Shown: positions 46,760-55,877 of the stretch, one piece after another | Layout of the letters: each line of letters begins with the position of its first letter | How positions within the stretch are numbered: position 1 is the stretch's first letter | From: Verrucomicrobiia bacterium | GTDB taxonomy: Bacteria; Verrucomicrobiota; Verrucomicrobiia; Limisphaerales; UBA11358 | Reading direction: 5' to 3' | DNA: 64,000 nt | Assembly (NCBI GenBank): GCA_035945675.1 | Contig: DASZAB010000034.1 | Location: 30,255 to 94,254, forward strand | Program-made: the position numbers and the translations under genes | The notes under the pieces: model-generated | Databases searched by the model: none | What the model saw: the letters and a program-made list of their open reading frames with translations, nothing else | What the model was told of the DNA's origin: nothing

Positions 46760-47764
46760 ATGAATCCAAATCCGCATGTGGCCGTGGTGGGCGCAACCGG
46801 CGCCGTCGGCATCGAAATGATCAAGACGCTGGAAAAGAGAAACTTCCCGGCGGGCCAACTGACGTTGCTCGCCTCGGCGCGCTCCGTCGGCAAAAAGCTC
46901 AAATTTTGCGGCCAGGACGTTACGGTCAAGGAATTAACGAAGGACTCCTTCGCCGGCATTGATATTGCGCTGTTCAGCGCGGGCGGCAGCATTTCGAAGG
47001 AATACGCGCCCATTGCGGCGAAGGCCGGCTGCGTGGTCGTGGACAATTCCAGCGCCTTTCGTCAGGACGACAGCGTGCCGCTGGTGATTCCCGAAATCAA
47101 CGCCGCGGACGTGAATTGGCACAAAGGCATCATCGCCAATCCGAACTGCACCACCGCCATTACCCTGATGGCGCTGTACCCGTTGCATGCCGCGTTTGGC
47201 TGCAAGCGCATTTTTGCGTCCAGTTACCAGGCGGTTTCCGGCGCCGGTGCCAAGGCAATGGAAGAATTGAAACGGCAGGTTGGCGAAATCGTTTCCGGCA
47301 AGCCGGCAACGAAAGAGGCTTTTCCACATCAAATCGCTTTCAACGTGTTGCCGCAAGTGGATGTCTTTCTGCCGACCGGCTACACCAGGGAAGAAATGAA
47401 GATGGAAAACGAAGGCCGCAAAATCATGCATCATCCGAATTTCCGGGCGAGCGTCACCTGCGTGCGCGTGCCGGTGTATCGCTCGCATTCCATCGCCGTG
47501 AGCGCAGAATTTGAGAAGCCGGTCAGCGTGGACGCTGCACGTGCCGTTTTGAAAAAGGCGCCTGGCCTCGACCTGGTGGACGAGCCGGAGAACAAAAAAT
47601 ATCCGATGCCATTGTTCACCTCGGAGAAGTACAACTGTGAAGTCGGCCGCGTCCGAAAAGATTGCGCGTTGGAAAATGGCTTGTGTTTCTGGGTAAGCGG
47701 CGACCAGTTGCTCAAGGGCGCGGCGCTCAACGCGGTTCAGATTGCGGAAGAGTTGCTCAAATAA
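46760..47764 (+). CDS. asd: Aspartate-semialdehyde dehydrogenase
   Basis: VAVVGATGAVG, IIANPNCTT (active-site Cys), SYQAVSGAG, VRVPVYRSHS. ATG 46760 chosen within ORF 46619..47764. Confidence 0.95.
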   Translation: MNPNPHVAVVGATGAVGIEMIKTLEKRNFPAGQLTLLASARSVGKKLKFCGQDVTVKELTKDSFAGIDIALFSAGGSISKEYAPIAAKAGCVVVDNSSAFRQDDSVPLVIPEINAADVNWHKGIIANPNCTTAITLMALYPLHAAFGCKRIFASSYQAVSGAGAKAMEELKRQVGEIVSGKPATKEAFPHQIAFNVLPQVDVFLPTGYTREEMKMENEGRKIMHHPNFRASVTCVRVPVYRSHSIAVSAEFEKPVSVDAARAVLKKAPGLDLVDEPENKKYPMPLFTSEKYNCEVGRVRKDCALENGLCFWVSGDQLLKGAALNAVQIAEELLK

Positions 47765-47769
47765 TTTCC

Positions 47770-47841
47770 GTAGCAGCCGACATGAGTCGGCTCAAACTTT
47801 GGGGATGGGGGAGTAAGGAGCGGACTCACGTCCGCTGCTAC
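47770..47841. repeat. Family B composite double-hairpin element, copy B1 (6 nt after the asd stop)
   Basis: GTAGCAGCCGACATGAGTCGGCTC..GAGCGGACTCACGTCCGCTGCTAC. Each arm is a hairpin, and the outer GTAGCAGC/GCTGCTAC closes the element. Confidence 0.85.
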
Positions 47842-48216
47842 AAAGAGTTACTGCGTGGCGAGCCGATAGAAACCACTGCGATTAAACCAGGGACTAAAGA
47901 TTTACAACAGCGTGTCCTGCCGCCGGGGGGAACATTGGCGCTGATGGCGCCGTAATTCCAAGCTTCATATAACAAATTTGCACCTTTCATTGAAAGCCGC
48001 TCGGGTTTTTGCCGGACTTGCCTGCTTTCACTGATGTCCCAAAGCTGACTAAAGCTGTCCCAAGATGGCGTAGATGTAATTCTTTTATTCAGCGAAAATC
48101 ACCGGCGTGCAAACTCAATTTGCACAGAACCAGACCACCCCTGTGAAAGAATGAGTTGTGGCTCGGCCGTCGAGCCGGAAGTCGCTTTCCACAGTGGTCA
48201 AAATAAGAAAGAAAAC

Positions 48217-48879
48217 ATGAAAAAACTACAAATAGCAGTACTCACAATCAGTTTGACCGTCGCCATGAGTGCCAGCGCGGCTATCTATACGTATTCGGGC
48301 AGTGATTTTAATAACGGTGCCCTGATAGGTTCATATAATGGCACTTATGTATCCGCACCTTCCGGCCACATGAACCTGGCCTACATCGTCCCAACCGATG
48401 ACGCGGTGGTTGGCGCCAAAGGCCCGTTTGGGACGTTGAATGATCTCAGCATGAGCTTTGACTATTCCAATCTGGTTGGCGGGAATGGCAATCAGCCGTA
48501 TGCGGCCTTCGGCCTGTCCGTGGATGGCACGTGGGGTGGGTCGGCGCAAGAATACCTGGTCATCGCCATGAGCGGTAACCAGCTCGATGGAACGACTCCG
48601 ATTCACGTCTTTGACGCTACTCACAATACCGACACTGGCGTGACCTGGGGTTCAACGATGGCCAGCATTCTCGGCGCGACTGATACCTACAGCGGCGGCC
48701 TCACTTTCGGAAACATGCAGGTTATGAGGGCCTATGCGTATATTGGAGATTGGCCCGGCGTGGGAAATGTCAGCGTGGACATCAACTCCATCACCGTCAC
48801 CTCAGTGCCTGAACCCACGACAATGGCGTTATTCGCGGGCGGAGCGCTGCTGTTGATTTCCCTGCGACGCAAAGGTTGA
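48217..48879 (+). CDS. PEP-CTERM sorting domain protein
   Basis: Signal peptide MKKLQIAVLTISLTVAMSASA. C-terminal VPEPTTMALFAGGALLLISLRRKG. Confidence 0.8.
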   Translation: MKKLQIAVLTISLTVAMSASAAIYTYSGSDFNNGALIGSYNGTYVSAPSGHMNLAYIVPTDDAVVGAKGPFGTLNDLSMSFDYSNLVGGNGNQPYAAFGLSVDGTWGGSAQEYLVIAMSGNQLDGTTPIHVFDATHNTDTGVTWGSTMASILGATDTYSGGLTFGNMQVMRAYAYIGDWPGVGNVSVDINSITVTSVPEPTTMALFAGGALLLISLRRKG

Positions 48880-49034
48880 GCCACTTTCGGATTCTCCGTT
48901 ACGAAACAAGCCGGTCTCATTGGCCGGCTTGATTTTTGTCGAGCGTTGATGGGTTCCTTTATGGTCCTGCGGAAACGCTGCGGAATGGGTTCGGGAAAAC
49001 CGAAATATTTCACACCAACACGGGGCGACCGTAT

Positions 49035-50075
49035 TCAAGCCAATTTCATGACAGGCCGGGCGCTTACTTTCGGGTGATTCAACGTGGTCACCCCGCATGG
49101 CAAGGGAGTGGGAGAACCGCTGGGAATACACTCATTGAGGGTCCGCAAGCTCTTTGCACCACCGACTCTCGGGTTTGGGGCCTCTCCTCGTGACAGCGGG
49201 CACAAGCCGTTGCTTCGCAGTGAACAATTCACGCTGTCAAGGTTCACATCCGCCTGCCGGGTTTGAACTTCTATCACCAGCTTTCGCCACTGACCCGGAC
49301 TGGCGCCGAACCGTTTCTTAAAGTGTATGTTAAAAAAGCTCAGATGACTGAATCCGCATTCCTCGGCCACGCGGATAATTTTGGTGTCCGGGTTTTTTAA
49401 TAAAGACACGGCTTTGAGCAGGCGCATTTCCATTTTCAAGGCCGCCGCGGAAACGCCAAAGCGTTGATGAAACAAACGATTCAGGTGGCGCCGACTGCAA
49501 CCGAATTTGTTCGCCAGTCCGCCGACCGGCAAGCTCAGGAGTTCGGCGGTTGATAACTTTTCGATGATCCCGGCCAGGGGTTTCTCATCCCGGACAGACC
49601 TGTTTGGTTGCGGCGGTACCGTTTCAAATTCCACCGCGAGCGGGACGGCCGCGACCCGTAACAGTTGACTGCGATGATCGAGGTCGAACCGGGAAGGGAC
49701 GTCTCTTAAAAGCCGGCGGCATTTCTGGGCCGGCGCACTGGACGCCGGATACAGTCGCGCGCTTCGGAAAACGTCGCTGACGTTTTGCAATCGATAGATC
49801 TCATTGTTGGCAAGCAGCGGGAGAAAATGTTCCAAACGCAGTGAGAAGTGCTCAAACACGATCTTGCCTTGGTCAGGGACATGAAGTCTGCCTCCGGACA
49901 CGGCGCTTGCGACCAGAACATCGCCAGAGGAAACCGGGTACCTGACCAGGCCGGAGATGTAGTCTGCAGCTCCGGCCCGGACAAAGATAAAAACCAGTCC
50001 CGCTCCCTTGCAATCCCAAACTTCAGGCGGTTCAAGACTAACCGATCGCAGTTTCAAGTGGCCCTGGGTAATCAT
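49035..50075 (-). CDS. AraC family transcriptional regulator
   Basis: C-terminal double HTH: RHLNRLFHQRFGVSAAALKMEMRLLKA..ECGFSHLSFFNIHFKKRFGASPGQWR. Confidence 0.85.
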   Translation of the reverse strand: MITQGHLKLRSVSLEPPEVWDCKGAGLVFIFVRAGAADYISGLVRYPVSSGDVLVASAVSGGRLHVPDQGKIVFEHFSLRLEHFLPLLANNEIYRLQNVSDVFRSARLYPASSAPAQKCRRLLRDVPSRFDLDHRSQLLRVAAVPLAVEFETVPPQPNRSVRDEKPLAGIIEKLSTAELLSLPVGGLANKFGCSRRHLNRLFHQRFGVSAAALKMEMRLLKAVSLLKNPDTKIIRVAEECGFSHLSFFNIHFKKRFGASPGQWRKLVIEVQTRQADVNLDSVNCSLRSNGLCPLSRGEAPNPRVGGAKSLRTLNECIPSGSPTPLPCGVTTLNHPKVSARPVMKLA

Positions 50076-50279
50076 CTGACGCCTCCCTCACATCCCATCC
50101 GGGTGCGAAACAGCCGCGACGGGCGGTGGAGTTCTGAGATGTTCCATAGATTGCCAGTTGAAGTCTTTGCATTTGACCATCTTTTAAAAATATTGTCAAG
50201 AGAACATGTTACTTATGATAAGCATAATGCGACGTGTTCACGCAGTGCCAATCGCGGAAGAATTGATTAAATAACCCTC

Positions 50280-50350
50280 GTAGCAGCCGATGTGAATCGG
50301 CTCAATCTTTGGGGAAGGGGCATAATGAGCGGACTCACGTCCGCTGCTAC
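50280..50350. repeat. Family B composite double-hairpin element, copy B2
   Basis: GTAGCAGCCGATGTGAATCGGCTC..GAGCGGACTCACGTCCGCTGCTAC. Compensatory C:G to T:A change in arm 1 relative to B1. Confidence 0.85.
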
Positions 50351-50384
50351 TGGGTGGCGAGCCGGTAGAAACTGCAGCCGTTGG

Positions 50385-51506
50385 TCAGCGCAACGTCACT
50401 TCCTCCTGCAGGTTCGTGAGATTGAGAGCCGGCGTGTTCGTCACGTCCGTCCAGTTCGTGGTGGTCAAATCCGGGTTCTGCTGCAAGACAAAATTGGTCG
50501 AAGGAATAATCCAGGAGAGAAGGAGGTTGCCGTTGGTTGGCACGATATTCACTTGCGGTGACGGGGTAGTTTGTGAGGTGTAAATTCCTCCGAGCGTACC
50601 CGCTACTAATTTATGGCCGTCCGCTGAAGACGCCATATTTGACAACGATACATTAGTTGTGCTGGCCGCCCACGTTAACCCCGAATTAGTCGAAACAAAA
50701 GTGCCGCCTGCCAAAGCAAACAATTTGCTTCCATTCGCCGAAATGGCAACGGAAACCCAGTTCGTTATCGGGGCATTGGCGGGGACCCAATTTGCCCCCG
50801 AATTGGTTGACACATAAATTGGACCGCGTGGACCATTGAAAGCCCCCGCCACTGCCGCCCACAAACTTCCGTCAGCCGATGAAGCAATCGATGACCAATA
50901 CGCGATTGGCACATTATTTGTAGTCCATGTATTTCCGGAATCGTTCGAAGTGTAAATGGCACCATTTTGGACCGCTGCCGCCAATTTGCTGCCATCGGCT
51001 GACGACGCGACGCATGTCCAATACCCGGCAGGCGCAGAAGTGGACACCACCCAGGAGCTTCCTGAATTCGTGGAAATAATAATGCTGCCGGGATGCATCG
51101 CCGCGACCAACTTTTTCCCATCCGCTGATAAGGCAACATAGGTTCCCAACTCCCTGTATTCCCAGGAGACGCCCGAATTTGTGGAAATCCACACTTGATC
51201 AGCTGCCGTACCACCGCCGCCCGCCGCCAGTATGCTTCCATCTGCCGAAGAGGCGACGGAACGCCAGCCGTAGCCGGTATTTGTAGAGAGAGTTGTATCC
51301 CACGTTAGACCGAAATTTGTCGAGGTATAAACTCCCGTGGACGATGACGCAGCGACCAACTTGCCTCCATCCGCCGAGCAAGCAACGGAAGCCCAGCTTT
51401 CGTAGGGTGCCATGGTCTGGGTCCACGTTTGTGAAAAGCCTGAATACTGAATAAACGGTGATAAACAAACCGCAAAAGTCATTCCACTTCGCGCAAGGAA
51501 TTTCAT
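50385..51506 (-). CDS. Secreted BNR/Asp-box repeat beta-propeller protein (C-terminus apparently truncated by a frameshift)
   Basis: Signal-like N-terminus from ATG 51506. Six or more Asp-boxes (STNFGLTW, STNSGVSW, STNSGSSW, SNDSGNTW, STNSGANW, STNSGLTW). Confidence 0.8.
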   Translation of the reverse strand: MKFLARSGMTFAVCLSPFIQYSGFSQTWTQTMAPYESWASVACSADGGKLVAASSSTGVYTSTNFGLTWDTTLSTNTGYGWRSVASSADGSILAAGGGGTAADQVWISTNSGVSWEYRELGTYVALSADGKKLVAAMHPGSIIISTNSGSSWVVSTSAPAGYWTCVASSADGSKLAAAVQNGAIYTSNDSGNTWTTNNVPIAYWSSIASSADGSLWAAVAGAFNGPRGPIYVSTNSGANWVPANAPITNWVSVAISANGSKLFALAGGTFVSTNSGLTWAASTTNVSLSNMASSADGHKLVAGTLGGIYTSQTTPSPQVNIVPTNGNLLLSWIIPSTNFVLQQNPDLTTTNWTDVTNTPALNLTNLQEEVTLR

Positions 51507-51555
51507 CAGCCTTCCTTTATTTATCCAATTAGCACTGCTTTTGTCAAACCTAGAC

Positions 51556-51975
51556 TCACGGCTTGGCCGTTTCCTTGGTGTAAGCGACGAGGTTTTTGAT
51601 TTTGGCCTTGGCGGCGGCGTCCCGCACTTGCACCACTTTTCCCCAGGGCGCCTTTTCATCGGCGTTGATGGCGAGGATGAGCTTGGGATTTTTTTCTGCG
51701 CGCGAAATCAGATCACTCTGCAATTGCTCGAACGTCACCGGCAATTTTTCGAGGTAATAAACGCCGTTGGAATCAATGCTCACCACGAATGGCGGGTTCT
51801 CGTTCGCACCCTCCTTTTTAGCTTGAGACGATTCGGGCAACTGCAGTTTCAAGGCCGCCTGCTGCTTGAACGTCGTCGTCACCAACAGGAAAATCAGCAG
51901 CACGATGAGCACGTCAATCAGCGCCACGATGATGACGGCGGGCGTGGTGCGGCGTTTGCGAACGAGGAAGCGCAT
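51556..51975 (-). CDS. exbD: Biopolymer transport protein ExbD/TolR
   Basis: TM helix PAVIIVALIDVLIVLLIFLL with the conserved Asp. Periplasmic domain with ILAINADEKAPWGKVVQVRDA. Confidence 0.9.
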   Translation of the reverse strand: MRFLVRKRRTTPAVIIVALIDVLIVLLIFLLVTTTFKQQAALKLQLPESSQAKKEGANENPPFVVSIDSNGVYYLEKLPVTFEQLQSDLISRAEKNPKLILAINADEKAPWGKVVQVRDAAAKAKIKNLVAYTKETAKP

Positions 51976-51976
51976 G

Positions 51977-52675
51977 TCAACCGGGATCGGACACCTGGGA
52001 TTTCACTCCCGGCTTCCGGGATTTGGCGTTGGCGACATACTGCGTTTCAGAAACCAGAGCGCTGGCTTCCGGTGGCGGGGCGTCCGGGGACATCTCCGAG
52101 TACTGTCGGCGGACGAAATCGTCGCAGAGCGCCTCCATTTCGACGGCGAACACCTCGACTTTTTTGCTGAAATAACTCCAGAAAATCAGCGACGGAATGG
52201 CGATGAGCAGGCCGATCAGGGTCGCGCGCAAAATCAAGGCAATGCCGGCCGCCAATTTCGCGGCGTCGTTCAGGCCGGTTTGTCCAACGTCGCCGAACAC
52301 CGTCATCATCCCCGCAATGGTGCCGACCAGCCCCAGCAGCGGCGCGATGCCGACGATGATTTCGAGCACGACCAGGCCGCGTTCGAGCCGGACGATTTCA
52401 TGACGCGCGGCGGTTTGCAGCGCGTCCACATTGTCCGTTTTCGGCCAATCCAGATGGTCGGAGGCGAGCAGCAACAAACGCCCGAGCGGCGACGGTTTCC
52501 GGTGGCAGATGTGGCAAAGCACTTTCGTATCCTCGCGGGTTCTACAGGCCATGAGCGCCTGGGTGATTTCCGGCGGCACGACCTTGTTCCAGCGCAGCGC
52601 CAGGGCGCGCTCGACGATGAACGTCAGTCCCACGACCGAAGTGGCGCCCAGCAAGATGTAAATGAGTATATCCAT
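51977..52675 (-). CDS. exbB: MotA/TolQ/ExbB proton channel family protein
   Basis: ATG 52675. GIAPLLGLVGTIAGM and AAGIALILRATLIGLLIAIP signature helices. Confidence 0.9.
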   Translation of the reverse strand: MDILIYILLGATSVVGLTFIVERALALRWNKVVPPEITQALMACRTREDTKVLCHICHRKPSPLGRLLLLASDHLDWPKTDNVDALQTAARHEIVRLERGLVVLEIIVGIAPLLGLVGTIAGMMTVFGDVGQTGLNDAAKLAAGIALILRATLIGLLIAIPSLIFWSYFSKKVEVFAVEMEALCDDFVRRQYSEMSPDAPPPEASALVSETQYVANAKSRKPGVKSQVSDPG

Positions 52676-52701
52676 AAATTCTTCCTGCCATTGTGAACGG
52701 C

Positions 52702-53643
52702 TCAGTAATAGTAAAATGTGAATGTGATTTCGCGATAATCCAAACCGACCATGGCCCGCATATCCGACGGCCACTGCGCGTAGGGCGCGGGATCCATCAC
52801 CGCTTTCTGGCAAACATAGCCCAACAAATCCCCCACGGTATTTTGCATGACCACCATATCGGAGATGCGTCCGTCGTAATTCAAGTGAAATCGCAGGACC
52901 ACTTTGCCGCTGCGGTCCCGGGCGAATTGCCGGCTGTCCAGCAAATCGTACCAGCGTTGCGTCACGGCCTGGATGAAGGCAGCATCATACGCGCCAAACG
53001 GCGTGGCCTTCACATCCAGCGACGGCACCAGCGCTTCGTGCCGGACACCACCCTCCTGCTTCATTTTCACGCCGGGCAACTGCCGTTGCTGGGCGCGCGC
53101 CTGCCGGAGCGTGCGGGGTCGCGGTTGTTCCGCCGGCCGGGTCTCGGACGGCTTGCCCAGCGTCAAATCACCTGCATTTTGCTGCCGCGACGCCAATTCC
53201 TCCCGGGACGGCTGCATGGTCGGTTGGAGTTTGGAAAAATCCGGTCGCGGGGCGTCTTCGGTTTTCGCAACGTCGGTCTGCGTGCCTTTTATTTGCGGAA
53301 TTTGCGTGTCGCGGTTTGCCTCCGGATTCGCGGCGCGTGAATTCTGGCTGGAATAATACTTGGCGTTCTTGGGCGCCTCGGCGGTCGCTTGGGTTGGGGG
53401 CACGTCCACAAATGTCAATTCGGGCGATTGCGGCGGCGCCGGCGCCGGTTTGATTTTTGTGAAGAGCATCAGGGGCGGCAGGCGAAGTCTTTGCCACAAA
53501 TTGAATTCCTTGCCGGCTTCGTAACCGCCCCACGCCAGCAGATGCGCGAGGAGCGACAGGGCAAAGACCCATGCCAGCCGTCTTGATTCAAGACGGCTGA
53601 ACCGCAAGGAATCCAATGGTGTGCCGACTCCAGTCATGACCAC
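52702..53643 (-). CDS. TonB-family energy transducer-like protein
   Basis: N-terminal TM helix LAWVFALSLLAHLLAW, Pro-rich linker, C-terminal TonB-like beta-alpha domain (VVLRFHLNYDGRISDMVV). Lies upstream of exbB-exbD. Confidence 0.7.
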   Translation of the reverse strand: MVMTGVGTPLDSLRFSRLESRRLAWVFALSLLAHLLAWGGYEAGKEFNLWQRLRLPPLMLFTKIKPAPAPPQSPELTFVDVPPTQATAEAPKNAKYYSSQNSRAANPEANRDTQIPQIKGTQTDVAKTEDAPRPDFSKLQPTMQPSREELASRQQNAGDLTLGKPSETRPAEQPRPRTLRQARAQQRQLPGVKMKQEGGVRHEALVPSLDVKATPFGAYDAAFIQAVTQRWYDLLDSRQFARDRSGKVVLRFHLNYDGRISDMVVMQNTVGDLLGYVCQKAVMDPAPYAQWPSDMRAMVGLDYREITFTFYYY

Positions 53644-53768
53644 CTAGCTTGCCCCAGGAAAACAGGTTGAGCAACTCCTTTGCCGGGTTAGAGCGGCATG
53701 GCCTCCGTTGGGTTCGAAAATTACGCGTTGCATTTTTAGCCGATGCTGGCAGGCTAATCCGTCTGTGT

Positions 53769-53845
53769 CGGGGCGTAGCGTAGCCTGGTAGCGCGCTTGT
53801 TTCGGGTACAAGAGGTCGTGAGTTCGAATCTCACCGCCCCGACCA
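53769..53845 (+). tRNA. tRNA-Pro (anticodon CGG), CCA encoded
   Basis: Acceptor CGGGGCG/CGCCCCG. D arm GCGT-AGCCTGGTA-GCGC. Anticodon stem CTTGT/ACAAG with loop TTCGGGT. T arm GTGAG-TTCGAAT-CTCAC. Discriminator A followed by CCA. Confidence 0.93.
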
Positions 53846-54040
53846 CTTCAAATTTTCAGACAGCCGACAAGAGTTTGAGAAACACAGACTTCGATTTGAC
53901 CTCTCCCGCAACGGCGGTTCCGGGTTCGCTTGTGTCACGCTTGTGTCATTGATACGAGTTTGAATCTGGAAGCCGGCAGCATTCTTGGGTCGCAACGCAA
54001 GCTGGCCAACCCATCCACCGTTACCATAGTCATTGGTTTC

Positions 54041-54085
54041 TCATCCCCTCCCCGGGGAGAAAGTGAACCGGCTCGCGTCGCAGGT
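54041..54085. repeat. Family D partial copy, just downstream of the GH43 stop
   Basis: TCATCCCCTCCCCGGGGAGAAAGTGAACCGGCTCGCG resembles 24195-24240. Confidence 0.4.
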
Positions 54086-54100
54086 TTTCCTGAGCCAGAA

Positions 54101-55756
54101 TTATTTTTCCAGGTTGTATCTGACGAAATCCAGGTCGGCGGTCCCCCCATTGGGCCCGTAGCAAAACAATGCCAGCCGCGCACCCTTCCATTTGCCGAAC
54201 TTCAATTCCACCGCCAGTCCGGTGTCGGTGTAGTGTTCGCCATCGGTACTGTAGAACAGTCGCGCCTCCTTCCCATGGTACTTGCCCCGGAACCATACGT
54301 CAGCGCCCTTTAACACCGGGCCCGCGCCATTTTCCAAGGCGATTCGCCGCACTCCGTCGCTCTGCGTTACCCCAACCCAGTCAAACCTGTCGCCGCTCAT
54401 AAAGGCAAATCCGGTGCATTGGTTTTCCGCCATGGCGCTGACATCGAACTTTGTGTCAATGAGGCCGTCCTGTCCCAACAATTTTTCGGTCAGGGTGTTG
54501 TGGGCGGTGGACAGGCCGGAGGCGGGCAAGGCGTTGAGTCGCAGCCAGCCGGGCCGGGCCGTCAGTGACCAGGAGTCATTCATTGGGTTGTGGTTCCATT
54601 GCCAGATCGGAGACAGCACCGGATCGTCGAAATCGTCGCTTCTTTGTGGATGATGAATGGGAGAAGGCCGTCCGACATAAGGTTTTTTCCATCGGTCCAC
54701 CGACTGGCCGTGATCGCCGAACACCGGCCAGTCATCTGTGCCCCAGGTGACCGGCATCAGGTAGGTGATACGTCCAAGGAAACCGCTGGATTTGAAGCAC
54801 AGAAACCACCATTGACCATCAGCCAGTTCCACGAGCGCGCCTTGATGCGGACTGCCATCAGGCAACACCACCCGCCGTTCGTACGGGCCATAAATATTGG
54901 TGGAACGGAGCATCGTCTGGCCGCCCGTGCCGACGCCGCCTTCCGGAAGGGATATGTAATACCAGCCGTTCCGTTTGAAGAGTTTTGGGCCTTCCGCCGT
55001 CGGGCCGTGATAAATTTCAACACCGTCATCCAGCAATCGCACCCCGTCCGGGCTCATGCGGTGCAGAATCAATGGGCCGGCACCCTTGAGACTATGAATG
55101 AGGTACGCCTGCCCGTCGTCATCCCAGAACGGGCAGGGATCTTCCCAGCGTTCCACGGCCCGAACGGTGAACGTTCGCGACCACGGCCCGGCTGGATTTT
55201 GGGCGTGCCACATGAATAAACCTTCGGACGGAGTACAGACGAAGACGTAATAGGTACCGTTGTGATAACGCAAGGTCGGCGCCCACGTCCCCTCACCATA
55301 GCCGGTCAGGTCATCGTACTTTGGCGACATGCTCAACCGGTGGAATACCTGGCCGATGACTTCCCAATTGACGAGATCGCGCGAATGCAACACCTGCATG
55401 CCGACGAAGTGAAAATCCGACGCGACCAGATAAAAATCGTTCCGGACGCGAATGACGTCAGGATCGGAATAATCCGCGGGCAGGACCGGATTTCGATAGG
55501 TGCCGTCGCCCTGGTCACCCCAGCTCAGTGGCGATTCGGCGGGAATGGCCGGCGGGGCCGGTTGACTGGCGGCGGTAAAGCTCATCATCATGATGCCGGT
55601 AAAAAGCGAAATGGCGCCTTTTCGGGTGAAAGTATATTCCGCAACTTTCGGTGGGGCGAGCGTCCTCGCAAGCCGGCTCGTCAGTAGCCTCGCCCCATCA
55701 AAATGTACCACTACCCGTTTCCATAGGGCGCGGATGGTTTGGGACCGGTTTACCAT
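54101..55756 (-). CDS. Glycoside hydrolase family 43 protein with C-terminal beta-sandwich domain
   Basis: YRNPVLPADYSDPDVIRVRNDFYLVAS, WAPTLRYHNGTYY, EGPKLFKRNGWYY (GH43 blades). The start is uncertain (55756 or the MMM at 55591) because a family A repeat lies in the 5' part. Confidence 0.85.
   Translation of the reverse strand: MVNRSQTIRALWKRVVVHFDGARLLTSRLARTLAPPKVAEYTFTRKGAISLFTGIMMMSFTAASQPAPPAIPAESPLSWGDQGDGTYRNPVLPADYSDPDVIRVRNDFYLVASDFHFVGMQVLHSRDLVNWEVIGQVFHRLSMSPKYDDLTGYGEGTWAPTLRYHNGTYYVFVCTPSEGLFMWHAQNPAGPWSRTFTVRAVERWEDPCPFWDDDGQAYLIHSLKGAGPLILHRMSPDGVRLLDDGVEIYHGPTAEGPKLFKRNGWYYISLPEGGVGTGGQTMLRSTNIYGPYERRVVLPDGSPHQGALVELADGQWWFLCFKSSGFLGRITYLMPVTWGTDDWPVFGDHGQSVDRWKKPYVGRPSPIHHPQRSDDFDDPVLSPIWQWNHNPMNDSWSLTARPGWLRLNALPASGLSTAHNTLTEKLLGQDGLIDTKFDVSAMAENQCTGFAFMSGDRFDWVGVTQSDGVRRIALENGAGPVLKGADVWFRGKYHGKEARLFYSTDGEHYTDTGLAVELKFGKWKGARLALFCYGPNGGTADLDFVRYNLEK
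55646..55722 (+). repeat. Family A palindromic element, copy A3 (inside the 5' part of the GH43 ORF, inverted relative to the gene)
   Basis: TTTCGGTGGGGCGAGCGTCCTCGCAAGCCGGCTCGTCAGTAGCCTCGCCCCATCAAAATGTACCACTACC. Near-identical to A1, including the flanks. Confidence 0.85.
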
Positions 55757-55877
55757 TTCTATTTGGCGATTCTCAAACAGGTTTGAAAACCGGAGTTGGC
55801 AACAACGGCACGCTGTTTGTCATGCGTTGATGATACGGACTTGTCAAGACCGTCAAACCTGTAATTTAATTCGAGTG

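Noticed and set aside
53928-53949. 11-bp tandem duplication GCTTGTGTCAC/GCTTGTGTCAT downstream of tRNA-Pro as a possible att site
   Set aside because: It does not match the tRNA 3' end, and no integrase or island genes are adjacent. It is probably a trivial local duplication.
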